A stretch of 64,000 nt of DNA from Eledone cirrhosa (Eukaryota): positions 2,480,001 to 2,544,000 of the forward strand of contig OZ024747.1 in the NCBI GenBank assembly GCA_964016885.1. The letters are read 5' to 3'. Of this stretch, positions 27,571 to 42,071 are shown one piece after another. Both the position numbers and the translations under genes were made by a program. Positions within the stretch are counted from its first letter, which is position 1. Each line of letters starts with the position of its first letter. The notes beneath the pieces were generated by a model. It did no database searches, had not been told where the DNA came from, and saw only the letters and a program-made list of their open reading frames with translations.

Positions 27571-29367
27571 TGATTTCGGCTCAAGAACAACAGTTTTTTT
27601 TTGGGGGGGGGGGGGGAGTTGATTAAATCCACCCCAGTATGTTACTGGTACTTTATTTTATTGACCCCTTAAGGATGAAAGGCAAAGCTAACCTCTGCTG
27701 GATTTGAACTCTGAAGATAAAAAACCATAACTTTATGCTGCAAAGCATGTTGTCCGACACTACTAATACTACCAATACTAATACTACCAATACTAATACT
27801 ACCAATACTACACTGCTCTGTCTTTAGAATAACAATGTCTATGATAGTCTTCATAGTAAACATTTCCCCCCAAACTACTACATATGGAAAATCCCAGCTA
27901 TGTTTGTACATTTAAATCTATTCAACAAACTCATTGGCTTCATTCAAGGTATTATACATTTTATACACAATGTCTGTTAGTTATTTCCTCAATCTGAACA
28001 GTAAGCTTTGATATGATTATCAGCCTAATCTTTTATATAAATATCTATACTGTATTTTGATCAATATTCTCCAGAAGTATATAATATGTATTGTTTTACT
28101 CTCTGACAGATTTCACTCATTCAACTGTAGTTTTACTGGGATAACACCTTTAGAGGTTTTAGTTGATTCTAGAATATATTTTATTTGGTACTTACTGTCT
28201 TGTCGAATGGCTAAGGTTAGTATTTGGAATTTAAAAGGATGCAATTTGACATGCTACTTTACACAGGTATACACAAATACACAAACACACATATATTAGG
28301 GTGTACTAGATGGATTTTATCATGGCGCAATCACTGGAAGGTGTGTGGTAATGTCTTTAATACAACTGAAGAATACTCTTCATACTTTGCTTGGCATGGT
28401 TGATACAGTTGGATGCCTTTCCTAATACCAACCACTTTCAGAGTGGTGACACAGTATGACACTGTGGGACACAGTGTGACACAGTGTGACATGGTTGCAT
28501 CTTTGAATTACTAGTACCATCTATCCAACGATGTTGCACACAGTTTCAGTCAATCTATACAATTTCTCACACAATGATTGGGTCAAACTGAGACTATTGT
28601 AAAAGACACTTGCTGAAGATGCCATGTAGTCGGACCAAATCAGGGACTTCATTAGTGATATCTACTTTATCTGAAGCAGATATATCAATTTATGTACCAT
28701 TTTGATTAGTCAGTGTGACAAAAATAGTAAAGTATCCACAACTCTCTAGTCTCACTTTGAAACAGTATATTTCAGTATATTTCAAATATATTAGACAGAA
28801 CAGCGATTCTACAAATGTATACTTATGCTTCATTAATCCCCAGAGAGAGTCATTCTACTTTATCAGTCAACTTCATTGAAATGGAATATTCCAGAATTTT
28901 AAAATGTGGCAACAAAGGTAATCTTAGAGAAAATGTGTCACTGATTAGGAATTAATCTTCACATTTGCTGTAGAGAATTAGATTTATTTGGCCAGAACTT
29001 TATCTCCTCATAAATTTCACAAATGAAAAATATAGAAACAAAACATTATTTTAACCAGCAGATGATAGAAAATCTTTGCTCATTGATTCACCATAATAGC
29101 TTTTGGTCCTTTTATTTACTTAAAAGATAACAAGGTGATTTGTAGTTGCTAATCAATCAAAAATAAACTAGCCCCCACCCCACACATTTTATTTCTCAGT
29201 ATTAGAAGGTATAATATAAACCAGAAATGGTGACTATAGTTTCTACAACAAAAATATCACTGTTGCTGTCTCCTAGCAGAAGATACAAAGATATGTTCAC
29301 TCACTAATACAGAACATTGGCTGTCTTCTGAATTGGTGAGGAATGCTAAACAGTCTCTGTAGTATTG

Positions 29368-29410
<43 letters not shown>

Positions 29411-29549
29411 TTTATATTGGGCTGGGCCGATGGCTACTTTTTTCCCTCTTTAAAGGTCTTCACCCTATTTTATATCATCTCTATGTATGAGCACACCACT
29501 CATTTTTATCATCATCATATATATCATATATGCCATCATTATCATTATC

Positions 29550-29840
29550 CTCGAGGTTAACTTTGCCTTTCATCCTTACGGGGTCGATAAAATAAAGTAC
29601 CAGTAATGTACTGGGTAATTTCTGGCCTTGTGCCAATAGTAGAAACAATTATCATTATCCTCGTGGATTAGCAGTATTGGTAGAGGGTCGGACGTTATGC
29701 TTTGCAGCACAGAGTTACAGCCCTTTATTGTCTGAGTTCAAATTCCGTCAAGGTTAACTTACGGGGTCGATAAAATAAAGTACCAGTAATACACTGGGAT
29801 AGTTGCTGGCCTTGTGCCAAAAGTAGAAACAATTATTATT
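29550..29840 (+). mobile_element. Head-to-tail pair of S1 SINEs
   Basis: Two acggggtcgataaaataaagtaccagtaat cores, each ending gtagaaacaattat. Confidence 0.85.
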
Positions 29841-29954
29841 ATCCTCATCATAAGTGTTTTTACATACATTTTTCCATGCTCACTATGGGACAGATCCTAT
29901 TCAGTGCATCATCTCTCCACTTGCTACGCTCCTCTCTGAGTCTCATATATATAT

Positions 29955-30113
29955 AACAAAGGAATTGTGGTAAGGAACCAGATGGACCATAACGCACCAG
30001 AGTACTCAATACTTAGGGTAGTAGAGTGGGAAATAGGAAAAAGTATGACTCCGACAGCAGAAATAGCCGTCGAAATGGCTTGAGCTCTGCCGTCGGGGTC
30101 ATACTTTTTCCTA
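29955..30113. mobile_element. Fold-back element family A in (TA)n (copies 8050-8118, 9895-9990, 32473-32638, 40199-40394)
   Basis: Shared agccgtcgaaa.ggcttgagctc.gccgtcggggtc...ctctactac...gagtact.tggtg.gttatggtcca.ctggttcct. Inverted arms ataggaaaaagtatgac/gtcatactttttcctat. Confidence 0.8.
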
Positions 30114-31167
30114 TATATATATATATATCATTATCAGTTTCTATCTACTGAATATACTCAAAAGATAAAGTCTAGTCAGAGACTGCTAAAGGTACCATGG
30201 TGAAGAATAGAACCCAACACCGTAGTTTGCAAAGCAAACTTCTTAATCACTCAGCCTATTATGTGCATCTGTATGTGTGTGTGCCTGTGTGTATGTGTGT
30301 GAGGAGGGGCGCAATGATACTATATACAATATAACAATATAAACAGTTTGTTTTAGCACAATAAGCTGGACAAAAAGAAACGTGTGTATTTCAGAACAAT
30401 TTCTCTGCAACACTCATATGTCAGCAAGCATCCATTTTTAATCAAATCAGTATTTTATTATATAACATTAAGACTGGTGATTTAAAATAATAACTAAGGC
30501 ATCAAATATTGTCTGAAAGAAAGAAGTCTGAAGTAGTATAGTGATGTTGTATATAAAGAGATGAAGAGAATTGAGCGAATACATTTTTTACATCAATAAT
30601 AGCTGCTGAATGAAAACTAAGGAAGTAAATATTAGAAAACATGAGATGAAGTAATTTAGACTGATGTAAAGCAAGCAGACTTTCTTGATTGAGGTGTTGA
30701 CTTTGGACAACGACAGTAGCACGCTTGTTGATGATGATCACGTTGAGACATTGATAGAAAATAAAAACAAAACACGTAGTAATTTCATACAGAAATGAAA
30801 ATAATAAGTTTTGTTATTAGGTTTCATTTTAGAAAGATCTAAATTGCTTTCTAAAATTTCAGTTTTTAAAGTAAAATATTATAAGAGTGAGAATATTTTT
30901 TAGTACCAAAGTGGGAGAATTTTCTTTTTTTTAATAACATTTTGTTTTATTATTATTATTATTATTATCATCATTATTATTATTATTATTTTTTTTTTTT
31001 TTATTTGTTGAATTATGATGAATGCTATGGTGATATTTTATATTGCTTAATAATTCTTTCTTAATTTAAATTCAATATCATCATCATCATCATCATCATC
31101 ATTGGCATCGATGTCATTGTCCTTTTTACATCTGCTTTCCATAAAAAAAAATTCATTCTTTTATTTT

Positions 31168-32020
31168 TTTTACTGGCTTATGTGACTGTATGGTGGCCTT
31201 GCTGGAACCTTGAACACAATAGTCAGTCATACGGAACCCTTTACTGGCTTATGTGACTGTATGGTGGCCTTGCTGGAACCTTCAACACAATAGTCAGTCA
31301 TACGGAACCCTTTACTGGCTTATGTGACTGTATGATGGCCTTGCTGGAACCTTGAACACAATAGTCAATCATACGGAACCCTTTACTGGCTTATGTGACT
31401 GTATGGTGGCCTTGCTGGAACCTTGAACACAATAGTCAATCATACGGAACCCTTTACTGGCTTATGTGACTGTATGGTGGCCTTGCTGGAACCTTCAACA
31501 CAATAGTCAATCATACGGAACCCTTTACTGGCTTATGTGACTGTATGGTGGCCTTGCTGGAACCTTGAACACAATAGTCAGTCATACGGAACCCTTTACT
31601 GGCTTATGTGACTGTATGGTGGCCTTGCTGGAACCTTGAACACAATAGTCAGTCATACGGAACCCTTTACTGGCTTATGTGACTGTATGGTGGCCTTGCT
31701 GGAACCTTCAACACAATAGTCAGTCATACGGAACCCTTTACTGGCTTATGTGACTGTATGGTGGCCTTGCTGGAACCTTGAACACAATAGTCAGTCATAC
31801 GGAACCCTTTACTGGCTTATGTGACTGTATGGTGGCCTTGCTGGAACCTTGAACACAATAGTCAATCATACGGAACCCTTTACTGGCTTATGTGACTGTA
31901 TGGTGGCCTTGCTGGAACCTTCAACACAATAGTCAATCATACGGAACCCTTTACTGGCTTATGTGACTGTATGGTGGCCTTGCTGGAACCTTCAACACAA
32001 TAGTCAATCATACGGAACCC
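31168..32020. repeat. 71-bp minisatellite, about 12 copies
   Basis: Unit tactggcttatgtgactgtatggtggccttgctggaacctt(g/c)aacacaatagtca(g/a)tcatacggaaccctt, period 71. Confidence 0.98.
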
Positions 32021-32422
32021 AAGCAGTTATTAAGGCTGGGACTTATTTTATTGGTCTCCATTTGGCCAACTGCTAAATTACGAGCATAAATAAACATTAA
32101 TTGTTAAGTGGTGCAGATGTAAACACACACATTCATATATACAAACACACATTCACACAGATACACACAAACACACATATACACATAGTTGGCTTTTGCA
32201 CAGTTTCTGTCTACCAAATTTTCTTCACAAAGTATTGGCCAGCCCAAGACTAAAATGAAAGTACTTTCCTAATGTACCATGCAAATGCTACAAAACCTAA
32301 TCCTAAACCCAAGTGGTTGCAAAGCAAATGTCTGTTAAAGCAATCATAATTAATTGTAAAGATTATGGCAGAAGAGATTTATGTTTGAAAATCAAATCAA
32401 ATAATATTCTTTCATTTCCACT

Positions 32423-32472
<50 letters not shown>

Positions 32473-32475
<3 letters not shown>

Positions 32476-32636
32476 AAAAGGTTCAGGGCCCCAATGGCAG
32501 AGCTCAAGAGCCGTCGAAATGGCTTGAGGCCTGCCATCGGGGTCCTGAATCTTATCCTATTACCCCCTCTACTATCCAAACTATCGAGTACTCTGGTGCG
32601 TTATGGTCCACCTGGTTCCTTACCACACTTCCTTCG

Positions 32637-32638
<2 letters not shown>
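32473..32638 (+). mobile_element. Fold-back element family A
   Basis: Same consensus as the 29955 and 40199 copies, with (TA)n on both sides. Confidence 0.8.
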
Positions 32639-32662
<24 letters not shown>

Positions 32663-32669
<7 letters not shown>

Positions 32670-32848
32670 TGAGATTCTACAGGACTAGAACTGTATCATT
32701 CTTTAGAAATCATCAGGAATCCTGATGATTTCTAAAGAATGATACAGTTCTAGTCCTGTAGAATCTCATCTATATTAAAACTTTTATACTCTGCTATGTA
32801 TTGAGTACCTTACTTACTGTGGTTACCTCCGATTCAACCCGGAATAAC

Positions 32849-32849
<1 letters not shown>
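32663..32849 (+). mobile_element. Fold-back Penelope-like fragment with mutated hammerhead
   Basis: Perfect hairpin of about 56-bp arms centred on 32719. CTGATGA at 32722-32728 and GATAC (for GAAAC) at 32741. Confidence 0.72.
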
Positions 32850-32895
<46 letters not shown>

Positions 32896-33666
32896 TATGC
32901 TTACTTTGGCAAACCTGCAGTAACTTGACAATCCCCAAACTATATATATTCTCTTACTCCTTCTGAATGATGTAAAAGTATTTCTGAAATTTGAATATTT
33001 TTTTAGAAGTATGTTGTCAGTTCATTCTACACTATAAACTTCTTTTATTCTTATTTTACATTGTGCCAGATACTGAGCCTAATTTGATATGCTTTGTTCT
33101 ATCATTCTACATGATACACTTGTATTATTATTTTTTCATTCTGCCTTTCATCAGAGAAATGGTGAAAGATTCCGGTTACACCCACTTTAAGAAACTTAAC
33201 ACTCCTTCATAACATATTTTAGATTTGTTTTTATTACTTCTCAGTTAAGACTAGTAGAGAAATGAGCAGATGTGGTTACACCTACTTTGAAATATATTTC
33301 ATTAGAGCTCATCAATCAAATGCTAAATCCATTATAATAAGAGGCTCATATCAAGAGCTGCATGCTGATCTTATACTCTACCACTAAGTTCAATTATAGA
33401 TTCTATAATACATTTTTATAAAAATACATCACAACAGTTTTCACTTTCCATTACTCTGAAAAAGATTTTGATAATTCCATACATTGTGTGAAATATTTAA
33501 TTCAATCGATGTAAAAATAGATTTTTATTTTAGTTGTTTTCTTAGAATTTTATGGAAATGGAAATTATAATGGTTTTTTTACTTTCCTTTCTTTTTCAGA
33601 TTTAACATAAATGCCTGTTTCAAGATTTTTTATAATTTTCTGACTAAAGTAATATTAAAAGATAAT

Positions 33667-36066
33667 ATGAAGATTAATATCTCCATGCTGTTGTTGTTTA
33701 CCAAACTAGTAGTGTCCGTGGATCTTACCTATCATATGAAAGAGGGTCAAAGACCTGGAACATTTATTGGTGATATTGCTGCTGATACTAGTTTGTTAGA
33801 CAGTATCTTACTGTCTAATCGAAAACCAATCACATTTAGTCAACTGTATGAAAGATTAAATGGTAATTCTCAGTTATTTAATGTTACCAAGGAAGGAAAA
33901 TTATACAGCACACATACATTTGATGCTGAGTCACTTTGTAAATATAACATTGAATGTTCCAGAATCATTGAAATTGCTGTTCAGCAAGAAGAAACTTTTC
34001 TGAAGATAATTGAACTGAAAATTATAATAGTTGATGATAATGACAACCCTCCTGAATTTCCAGTGAAACTTATCCATCTCCAATTCTATGAAAGTGATAA
34101 AAAAGGAACAACAAAATCTATTCCAAATGCCATGGATAAAGATGTTAGTATCGTAAATTCCCAAATTACATACCATTTAAGCAAGGAAGAAGTTGAACCA
34201 TTTGCTCTATTGATTTTAAACAGTGTTCTTGGAACTTCAAAATTAAAATTAAGTTTAACTCAAGAACTTGATCGAGAAGTAAAAAGCCATTATTCCCTTC
34301 AGATTGTTGCTAGTAATGGGGGGTTCCCAAGGAAAGTTGGCATTTTGAAAGTTGAAGTGTCTGTTATAGATGAAAATGACCATGCACCTGTCTTCGCACA
34401 TAATACAAACAACATTTCTATAAGCAGTGCACATCAAAGAAATGAACCAATAATCACTATGTTTGCCGATGATTTAGACTCTGGTGAAAATGGGAATGTT
34501 TCATATGATTTCAATCTCAAAACCTCATCACTGACACAATCTTACTTTAAAATAAATAAAGATACAGGAGAAATATTTTTAAAAAATAATTTTCCATTTG
34601 GTAAAAGTCAAACCTATAACATTTTCATTGATGCCACAGATCACGGCAGTCCTCCATTGAGTTCTACTGCAATTGTGATAGTTAATGTGCTAAACCAACA
34701 GAACAATGCTCCAAGAATTGATGTAAAATTTGTTTCTAAATCTGAAGGAAATCTTGTTACCATTTCAGAAGGAGTAAAAGTTGGTAGCTTCATTGCTTAT
34801 GTGAAAGTTATTGATAATGACAGTGGGCACAATGGAGAGGTTAGTTGTCTTCTAAAACATGAGAAATTTATGCTTCAAAGTCTGGGAAAAAATAAGTATA
34901 AAGTTGTTATTAAAAGTCTTGTCAACAGAGAATTAGAAAGTCACATGGATTTAAATATTGTTTGTGAAGATAAGGGATTTCCATCCCTAAGGACAGTGAG
35001 AAAATTTTCTATCGAAGTGATAGATGTTAATGATGTACAACCACACTTTACAAAAAGCACATTTAAATTTTTAACTTATGAAAATGAAGAACCCAATTTT
35101 CCTGTTGGGTTTATTAATGCTACAGATCCTGATTTAGGCCTGGGAGGACAACTATCATATTCTTTGTTTGATGAACATGGCTATGTCCTTCCATTTAAGA
35201 TTTCCAATTTTGGATTTATTACAACAGCTCAATCTTTGGATCATGAAAAGCAAATTATATATGAATTTAAAGCTATTGTCAAAGATAATGGTGTACCGCC
35301 ACTAAGTAACACAGCCAATGTAATTGTTGAAGTAATGGATAAAAATGACAATGCACCATACTTTACATTTCCTAGTGTTAAATTATTTAATATAGATGTC
35401 CATTACCATCCTCAGAGTAAGAGTGACATCACAACACTAAGAGCTTCTGACAGAGATAGCCATGTAAATTCATTCCTCCGCTATGAAATACTTGGAGGTA
35501 ATAACAAACAGTTATTTACAGTCAACCCTTACACAGGAGTGTTGTCTTTCTCTCGTACTGTTTACCAAAATGATGCTGGATCATATAATCTAAAATTAGC
35601 TGTCAAAGACAGTGGTACACCAGTTTTATCAGCCACAACTACATTGTCTTTGACACTAACTGTTAGTAATACAACAGCCAGAATGTACACATCTGAGGAC
35701 ACAGAATCAGACAACAGAATACATATTAATTTGATGATTATTATAGTAGTAGCAGCAGTGATAGTTTCTGTTGCTATTGTAGTTTCTGTGATTGTTTGTG
35801 TCGTTCATAAAAGAAACCAAAGACATACACACTTTAATTTAAATAAAAAATGCATAAAACAAGGAAGACGTTCAAGATATTTTTGTGAACAAGATTCCCC
35901 AAAATATGACATTCCAATTACTGTGGTAACTGATTCTGTGAATAGAGCCCATTCACAGACAGCATCACTTAGAAGAGACACTCATTCTGGAGATAATTCA
36001 TCTACAAACTGGACCACTTCAACTACTGAAATTCCACATCCCAGCTACTTACAAGAAATACACCAG
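33667..36066 (+). CDS. Protocadherin (cephalopod-type), main coding exon: signal peptide, EC1-EC6, TM, start of cytoplasmic tail
   Basis: 804-aa ORF with cadherin motifs (DDNDNPPEF, LDRE, DENDHAPVF, DLDSGENG, DVNDVQP, LDHE, DKNDNAPYF), EC1 DAESLC-x4-C, and hydrophobic TM LMIIIVVAAVIVSVAIVVSVIVCVV. Polypyrimidine/AG acceptor ends at 33599 upstream of the ATG. Donor CAG|GTAAAG at 36066/36067 (phase 0) lies just before the ORF stop. Confidence 0.97.
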
Positions 36067-36978
36067 GTAAAGTATCTTTAATAATATATAAGAAGACATG
36101 ACACAAAGTGAAAGAAATTATTGAAGAATCTTCTGTAGATTTATTATACACAAATGTGAATATTTATCTTCAGTTGTCTGCAGTACAGCTTGTTTTGAAA
36201 ACTTTCCATAGAATTATTAATGCAATATAACTAGATATCCACTCTGTTGTGGAAACTATAAGCAGCATGTCATCTAGTAAAACTAAAATATTGTTTAACC
36301 CTGAGTCAATCCTGGTGGAGCAAATGTATGATCAAAAGCTTTCTAGCAATAATCATCTTGTCTTATTTTAATTATCAATGTATCAAAGCCTACCATTATT
36401 TAGTATATTTTTCTTTAAGAAGGTAGAATGTTGTCTTGTGAATATTTGGCTGTTGTTTCTAGCAGACTGAGACTTTCCATAGAAGCTCTCTCTGCGACTT
36501 AATCATTTTTGACAATAGGTGATATCCTAAGTTACAGTTTGGTTTAATAAATATTGTAGCTCACACATATGTATTAATACATGTGCACATGCATGGACAC
36601 ACACACACATGCACACACACATAGAAACACACATATACACACACACATACACACACAGAAAAGCACATAAATGGTGATGGTTAGAGTGCTGTTAAAAGTA
36701 TGGTTTGAGCACCATTCAAAATGAGGATGCTTGGTCAAAGCTAGAGCACTGTTAAGATAGAGAGTGGATGGTCATGGTTGGAGAGAAAAATACAAAAAAA
36801 GATAAAGATTGAAAAAGAGAGGGAGAGGAGTTAGACAAAAACTTCACAAAAATCATGTTTTTGTATGTGTTTATGTTTGCCAGGCTCTGTTTACCATATT
36901 CCACTCACGATACATATTAGTCAAACCAAGGAGACAATGGTTTCAAAGACATCCAATTTGTCCATGTAATTAGACCAA

Positions 36979-37270
36979 ACCTGGAACCACATGGTTGCAA
37001 TGTAAATTTCTTATACACACAGCTTTACCTGGAACCACATGGTTGCAATGTAAATTTCTTATACACACAGTTTTACCTGGAACCACATGGTTGCAATGTA
37101 AATTTCTTATACACACAGCTTTACCTGGAACCACATGGTTGCAATGTAAATTTCTTATACACACAGTTTTACCTGGAACCACATGGTTGCAATGTAAATT
37201 TCTTATACACACAGCTTTACCTGGAACCACATGGTTGCAATGTAAATTTCTTATACACAGCTTTACCTGG
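36979..37270. repeat. 48-bp minisatellite, about 6 copies
   Basis: Unit acctggaaccacatggttgcaatgtaaatttcttatacacacag(c/t)ttt. Confidence 0.97.
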
Positions 37271-37439
37271 ATCCATGATTTTAAGACTTCAAAAGCAGGT
37301 CAAGCAATGTAAAAAGCCCACATTTAGTTTGATCCATTGACATTTATCCAACATAATAGTGGAGATATATTGATGTCAACTGTAAACAGTAAATGATGTC
37401 GAAGGTGGGAGAAATTGAGTTCTAGCTCTAAAGAATGGA

Positions 37440-37715
37440 GAGATCGTAACTCCAATAATATGGGCATGTGGTTAGAACGTCTCAGGAAAGAATTGCCGGA
37501 CAAATTTTATGGGCAAAACCAACTGGTAGGAGACCAAGTGGTAGATCTCGAGCAAGATGGTTGGATAACAGCCATGAGCTTGGCTGGTCTTACTTGGGGA
37601 TCCAACTGGATCAGTTGGAGATGGTTGAGGACTCTGGAAGGAGTGTTTGAGGACTCTGCACCCCACGACCACCTCAAGAATAAGTGACCAAAGAAGAAGA
37701 AGAAGAAGAAGAGAA
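37440..37715 (+). mobile_element. RTE-type LINE 3' end with (GAA)n tail
   Basis: Reads YGHVVR...AKPTGRRPSGRSRARWLD. Confidence 0.8.
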
Positions 37716-39052
37716 CTGTAAAGAATAGGATATTTAAATGTCTCAACAATAAGTATATTCCAACAGAACTGACTCCAGATAATAGCTAGAAGTGAGAACA
37801 TTAAAATGTCTTCTATTGTTAGAGAAAAATGCATATAAAAAAATGATGCATAAAATCTTAATTACATATATTTATTTAAGTGTGTGTGTGTACATATGTA
37901 TATATGAAAATGTATGTGTATATATGAATGAACGTTCTATAACTAAGATATTATATATAAAACATTCGCACATACACATATTCATACATACACATATATA
38001 TATTTATAAATATATATGAAAGTCTGTGTATATGTAGGTCTGTGTGCACACATGCATATTTCTTAGCTCTATTCATATATGTACGTGTAGAAATTATATA
38101 TACATATATGCATATAGGTGTGAGCATGTGTACATGTGTACATGTGTAAATGTGCATGTGTACATTTATTAACTGGAAAGAAATCGTCCACATTCATGCA
38201 TGCCATGCCAAATGTCTTACTGTTATAGTGTTATATTGTGTGTGGATGAAGTGACACACTAATACCTACATAGTGTAATGTTATACACAATAGGGCAGAG
38301 ACGTTGTGTTATATTATTTAGTGTGATGATAAATAGAAGAAAATATATTCCAGCCCCTACCAACTCTATAACACCCCTGCCATGGCACAACTGCCACAAG
38401 AGAAAGCAACAATGCATCAATAACTGTCAACTGTTTCATTTGACATTTAATCCAATGTTTCATTTAGATGTATTGTTCAATTCAGGCTTGATTCTTCTGC
38501 TAATATTTTCAGTTTTAGGAAACTGAATTCTTTCAAGGAAATTAGAATTTCTAAAAATTCTAAGAAACAAGCTCTTTAGTTAGTCATTGAAAGAAGATAT
38601 TTTTATTTTTATAACATTTTTCTTTTCCTTTTTTTATTACCAATCTGTCAAAGCTACACATTTATACATACATCCACTCAACAATACTAAAACACACTTA
38701 CCAAGACATACACATGCACATATATACATAAATACATATATATCTTCTTTGCTTCTTTGCTTCTTTCTCACACAAACACAATTTAATATGTGTATGTATT
38801 TTATATATATATATATATAGAGAGAGATAGATAGATAAGTATATATACTTATATGAATGTACGAAGTATGTGGGTGTATATATATATATATATGAATTTG
38901 TTCAGGTTTTTTTTCACTTTCCATTGTTAGTAATCTCTATAAAATATTTGGATGTACAGGAAAGAATTTCACCACCTGATCCCAATTTTCATCTGACATT
39001 TCAAATCACTGATTCAATATAAAAGTATGTGTGCATAAACACACACACACAC

Positions 39053-39690
<638 letters not shown>

Positions 39691-40198
39691 TAGATTGAGT
39701 TAGAAACTCAAAATAGTCTTTTACACATGTATACTTATATCTGCGTTCATCCCTCTCATATATTCAATTATATATATACATGTGTGTGTGTATATATGTA
39801 TATATTTACATTTATACTCATACACACACATTTACATACGTTATTTACACACATATACATAATGTATATATATATTTATATTATATTTAATATACATGCA
39901 TGTATGTATATATAAATATAACATCATCATCGCCATCATCATTATTTTTCCACGCTAGCATGGGTTATATATACATACACATACACACACACATATATAT
40001 ATATACATATGCTATATATATATATGGAGCTACCTAACTATGTACATATGATTGAATAGCCGAGCATACATATATATTTAAGTACATGTTCATGTATATT
40101 TATATCTTTATATATGCACATATATATTTGTTAGTCGTTACATACATTTGTGCATATGTGTATATATATATACACGCATATATATATATATATATATA

Positions 40199-40394
40199 AA
40201 TAGGAACAAGCAAGACCCCGACGGCTGAGCTCAAGCCGTTTCAATGGCTAATTCTGGACTGAATTAGCCGTTGAAACGGTTTGAGCTCAGCCGTCGGGGT
40301 CTTACTTGTTCCTATTACCCACTCTACTACCCTAAGTATTGAGTACTTTGGTGTGTTATGGTCCACCTGGTTCCTGACCACATTTCCTTCGTTA
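40199..40394 (+). mobile_element. Fold-back element family A, longest hairpin
   Basis: About 55-bp arms 40199-40254 / 40261-40315 with a 6-nt loop. Confidence 0.82.
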
Positions 40395-40500
40395 TATATA
40401 TAAATATATATATGGAGGTGTGTAGCTACAGGCAGATACAAGTGGTTAAGAAGTTTAATTTACAATCATCAAGTCCTGAGTTCAAGTCCTACTGTTGGTG

Positions 40501-40700
40501 TACAAAGGTCAGCTGAAAAGTTCATAGCCTGACCAAGATACTCTCATGGAAGGACCAAATGAGATTTATTTTTCAACATAATCCTTGAAAAGAAACAAAG
40601 CAGTTATTAAACAAGAGTTGAAATTAATTCATGCAAGATTTCACAGCTCTAGCATCACTCCTTTTTAGTTAGTTTAAGAACTTTTTAGCCTACCCTCATA
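40501..40700. mobile_element. Tc1/mariner-type MITE nested in an S2 SINE
   Basis: TIRs tacaaaggtcagctgaaaagttc / gaactttttagcctaccctcata with TA ends. SINE head at 40420-40500 and body resuming after 40700. Confidence 0.7.
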
Positions 40701-41439
40701 TTATGTCTTTGTCTTTTGCCATAACCTCTGTTGAATTTGGCAAGACTGTAACTATGTGGTACTTTGTCAGATGGACTATACCAGTAATTCAATAGGCCAG
40801 TTTTGTTATATAGTGTGTCATGCCAAGTCTATCTGGGTATATAGATATTTTGGGTACATATGCATTATAATTGAAGGATTTCAGTTTGATTAGAAATCAA
40901 CTGGAATATTTATCTTTGAAGTCAATGAGGATCCATTTAATCTGAGTATGCGAAGGATGTGTGTGTGTGTGTGTGAGTGTGTGTGTGTTTGCATGTATGT
41001 GTGTGCGTTTGTGTGTATGTGTGTGTGTTGGCGTTTGTGTTTGTGTGTGTTTGTGCTTGTGTCTGTGTGTGTTTGTGTATGTATGTTTATGTGTGTGTGT
41101 GCATGTGTGTGCATGTGTGTGTGTGCATGTGTGTGTGTGCATGTGTGTGTGTGTGCATGTGTGTGTGTGTGTGTGCATGTGTGTGTGCATGTGTATGTGT
41201 GCATGTGTATGTGTGCATGTGTGTGTGCATGTGTATGTGTGCATGTTTTTGTGTGCATATGTATGTGTGCATGTGTGTGTGCATGTGTATGTGTGTGTGT
41301 GTGTATGTGTATGTGTGCATGTGTGTGTGTGTGCATGTGTATGTGTGCATGTGTATGGGAGCCTTTTGTTGTGACACCTACACAACCCTTTTGTAATAAT
41401 CAGTTAGAGAACTTTCTTTTGGATATCTAGAAGTGATTT

Positions 41440-41830
41440 GTGTGTGTAACAACAGTGTCATTGCACATGTAGCAGCAGTGTAATTCTGCATGTAGCAGCG
41501 GTGATATCTGACATGTAAAAAAAAAACAGTGTTATTCTACATGTAACCACAGTGTCATTCTACATGTAGCAATCTAATTATTCATGTAGCAATAGTGGCA
41601 TTCTACATGTAGCAGTCTAATTTTAGATGTAACAGTAGTGATATTCTACATGTAGCAGTAGTGGTATTCTACATGTAAAAACAGTGTTATTCTACACGTA
41701 GCCACATTATTATTCTACCGGTAGCATTCTAATTCTACATGTAGCAGCAGTGTTGTTCTACATGTAGCAACACTGTCATTCTAAATACAGCAGACATGTT
41801 ATTCTACATGTAGAAGCAGTGTTATTCCAT
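41440..41830. repeat. Degenerate 20-22 bp tandem array with palindromic CTACATGTAG core
   Basis: Recurrent ttctacatgtagca. Confidence 0.85.
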
Positions 41831-42071
41831 TCAGTGTTTTACTTGAACTTTTTAGAATGTCAGCAGCTGTTTGTGTCTAAACAATACTGGAAATGTTAAG
41901 GAAGGTTAATCATTTAGATACAGATTTTGGCATGTTATATATATATATCCAGGGAGTGTAACTTGGAGTTACTGTAGGTTCACCCGGGTGATCACATGAT
42001 GTTTAGGTTCACTTCAGTGTCGAGGTGTAGAGCTAGACAGAGTGTATTATTTTTCCATTACCATTATAAGG

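Noticed and set aside
36067-36081. VKYL* as the true protocadherin C-terminus
   Set aside because: It begins at a good donor site and a phase-compatible exon exists downstream; an unspliced isoform is not excluded.
36970-37312. Cys/His-periodic ORF resembling zinc fingers
   Set aside because: Product of a 48-bp SINE-derived repeat whose length is a multiple of 3; no C2H2 spacing.
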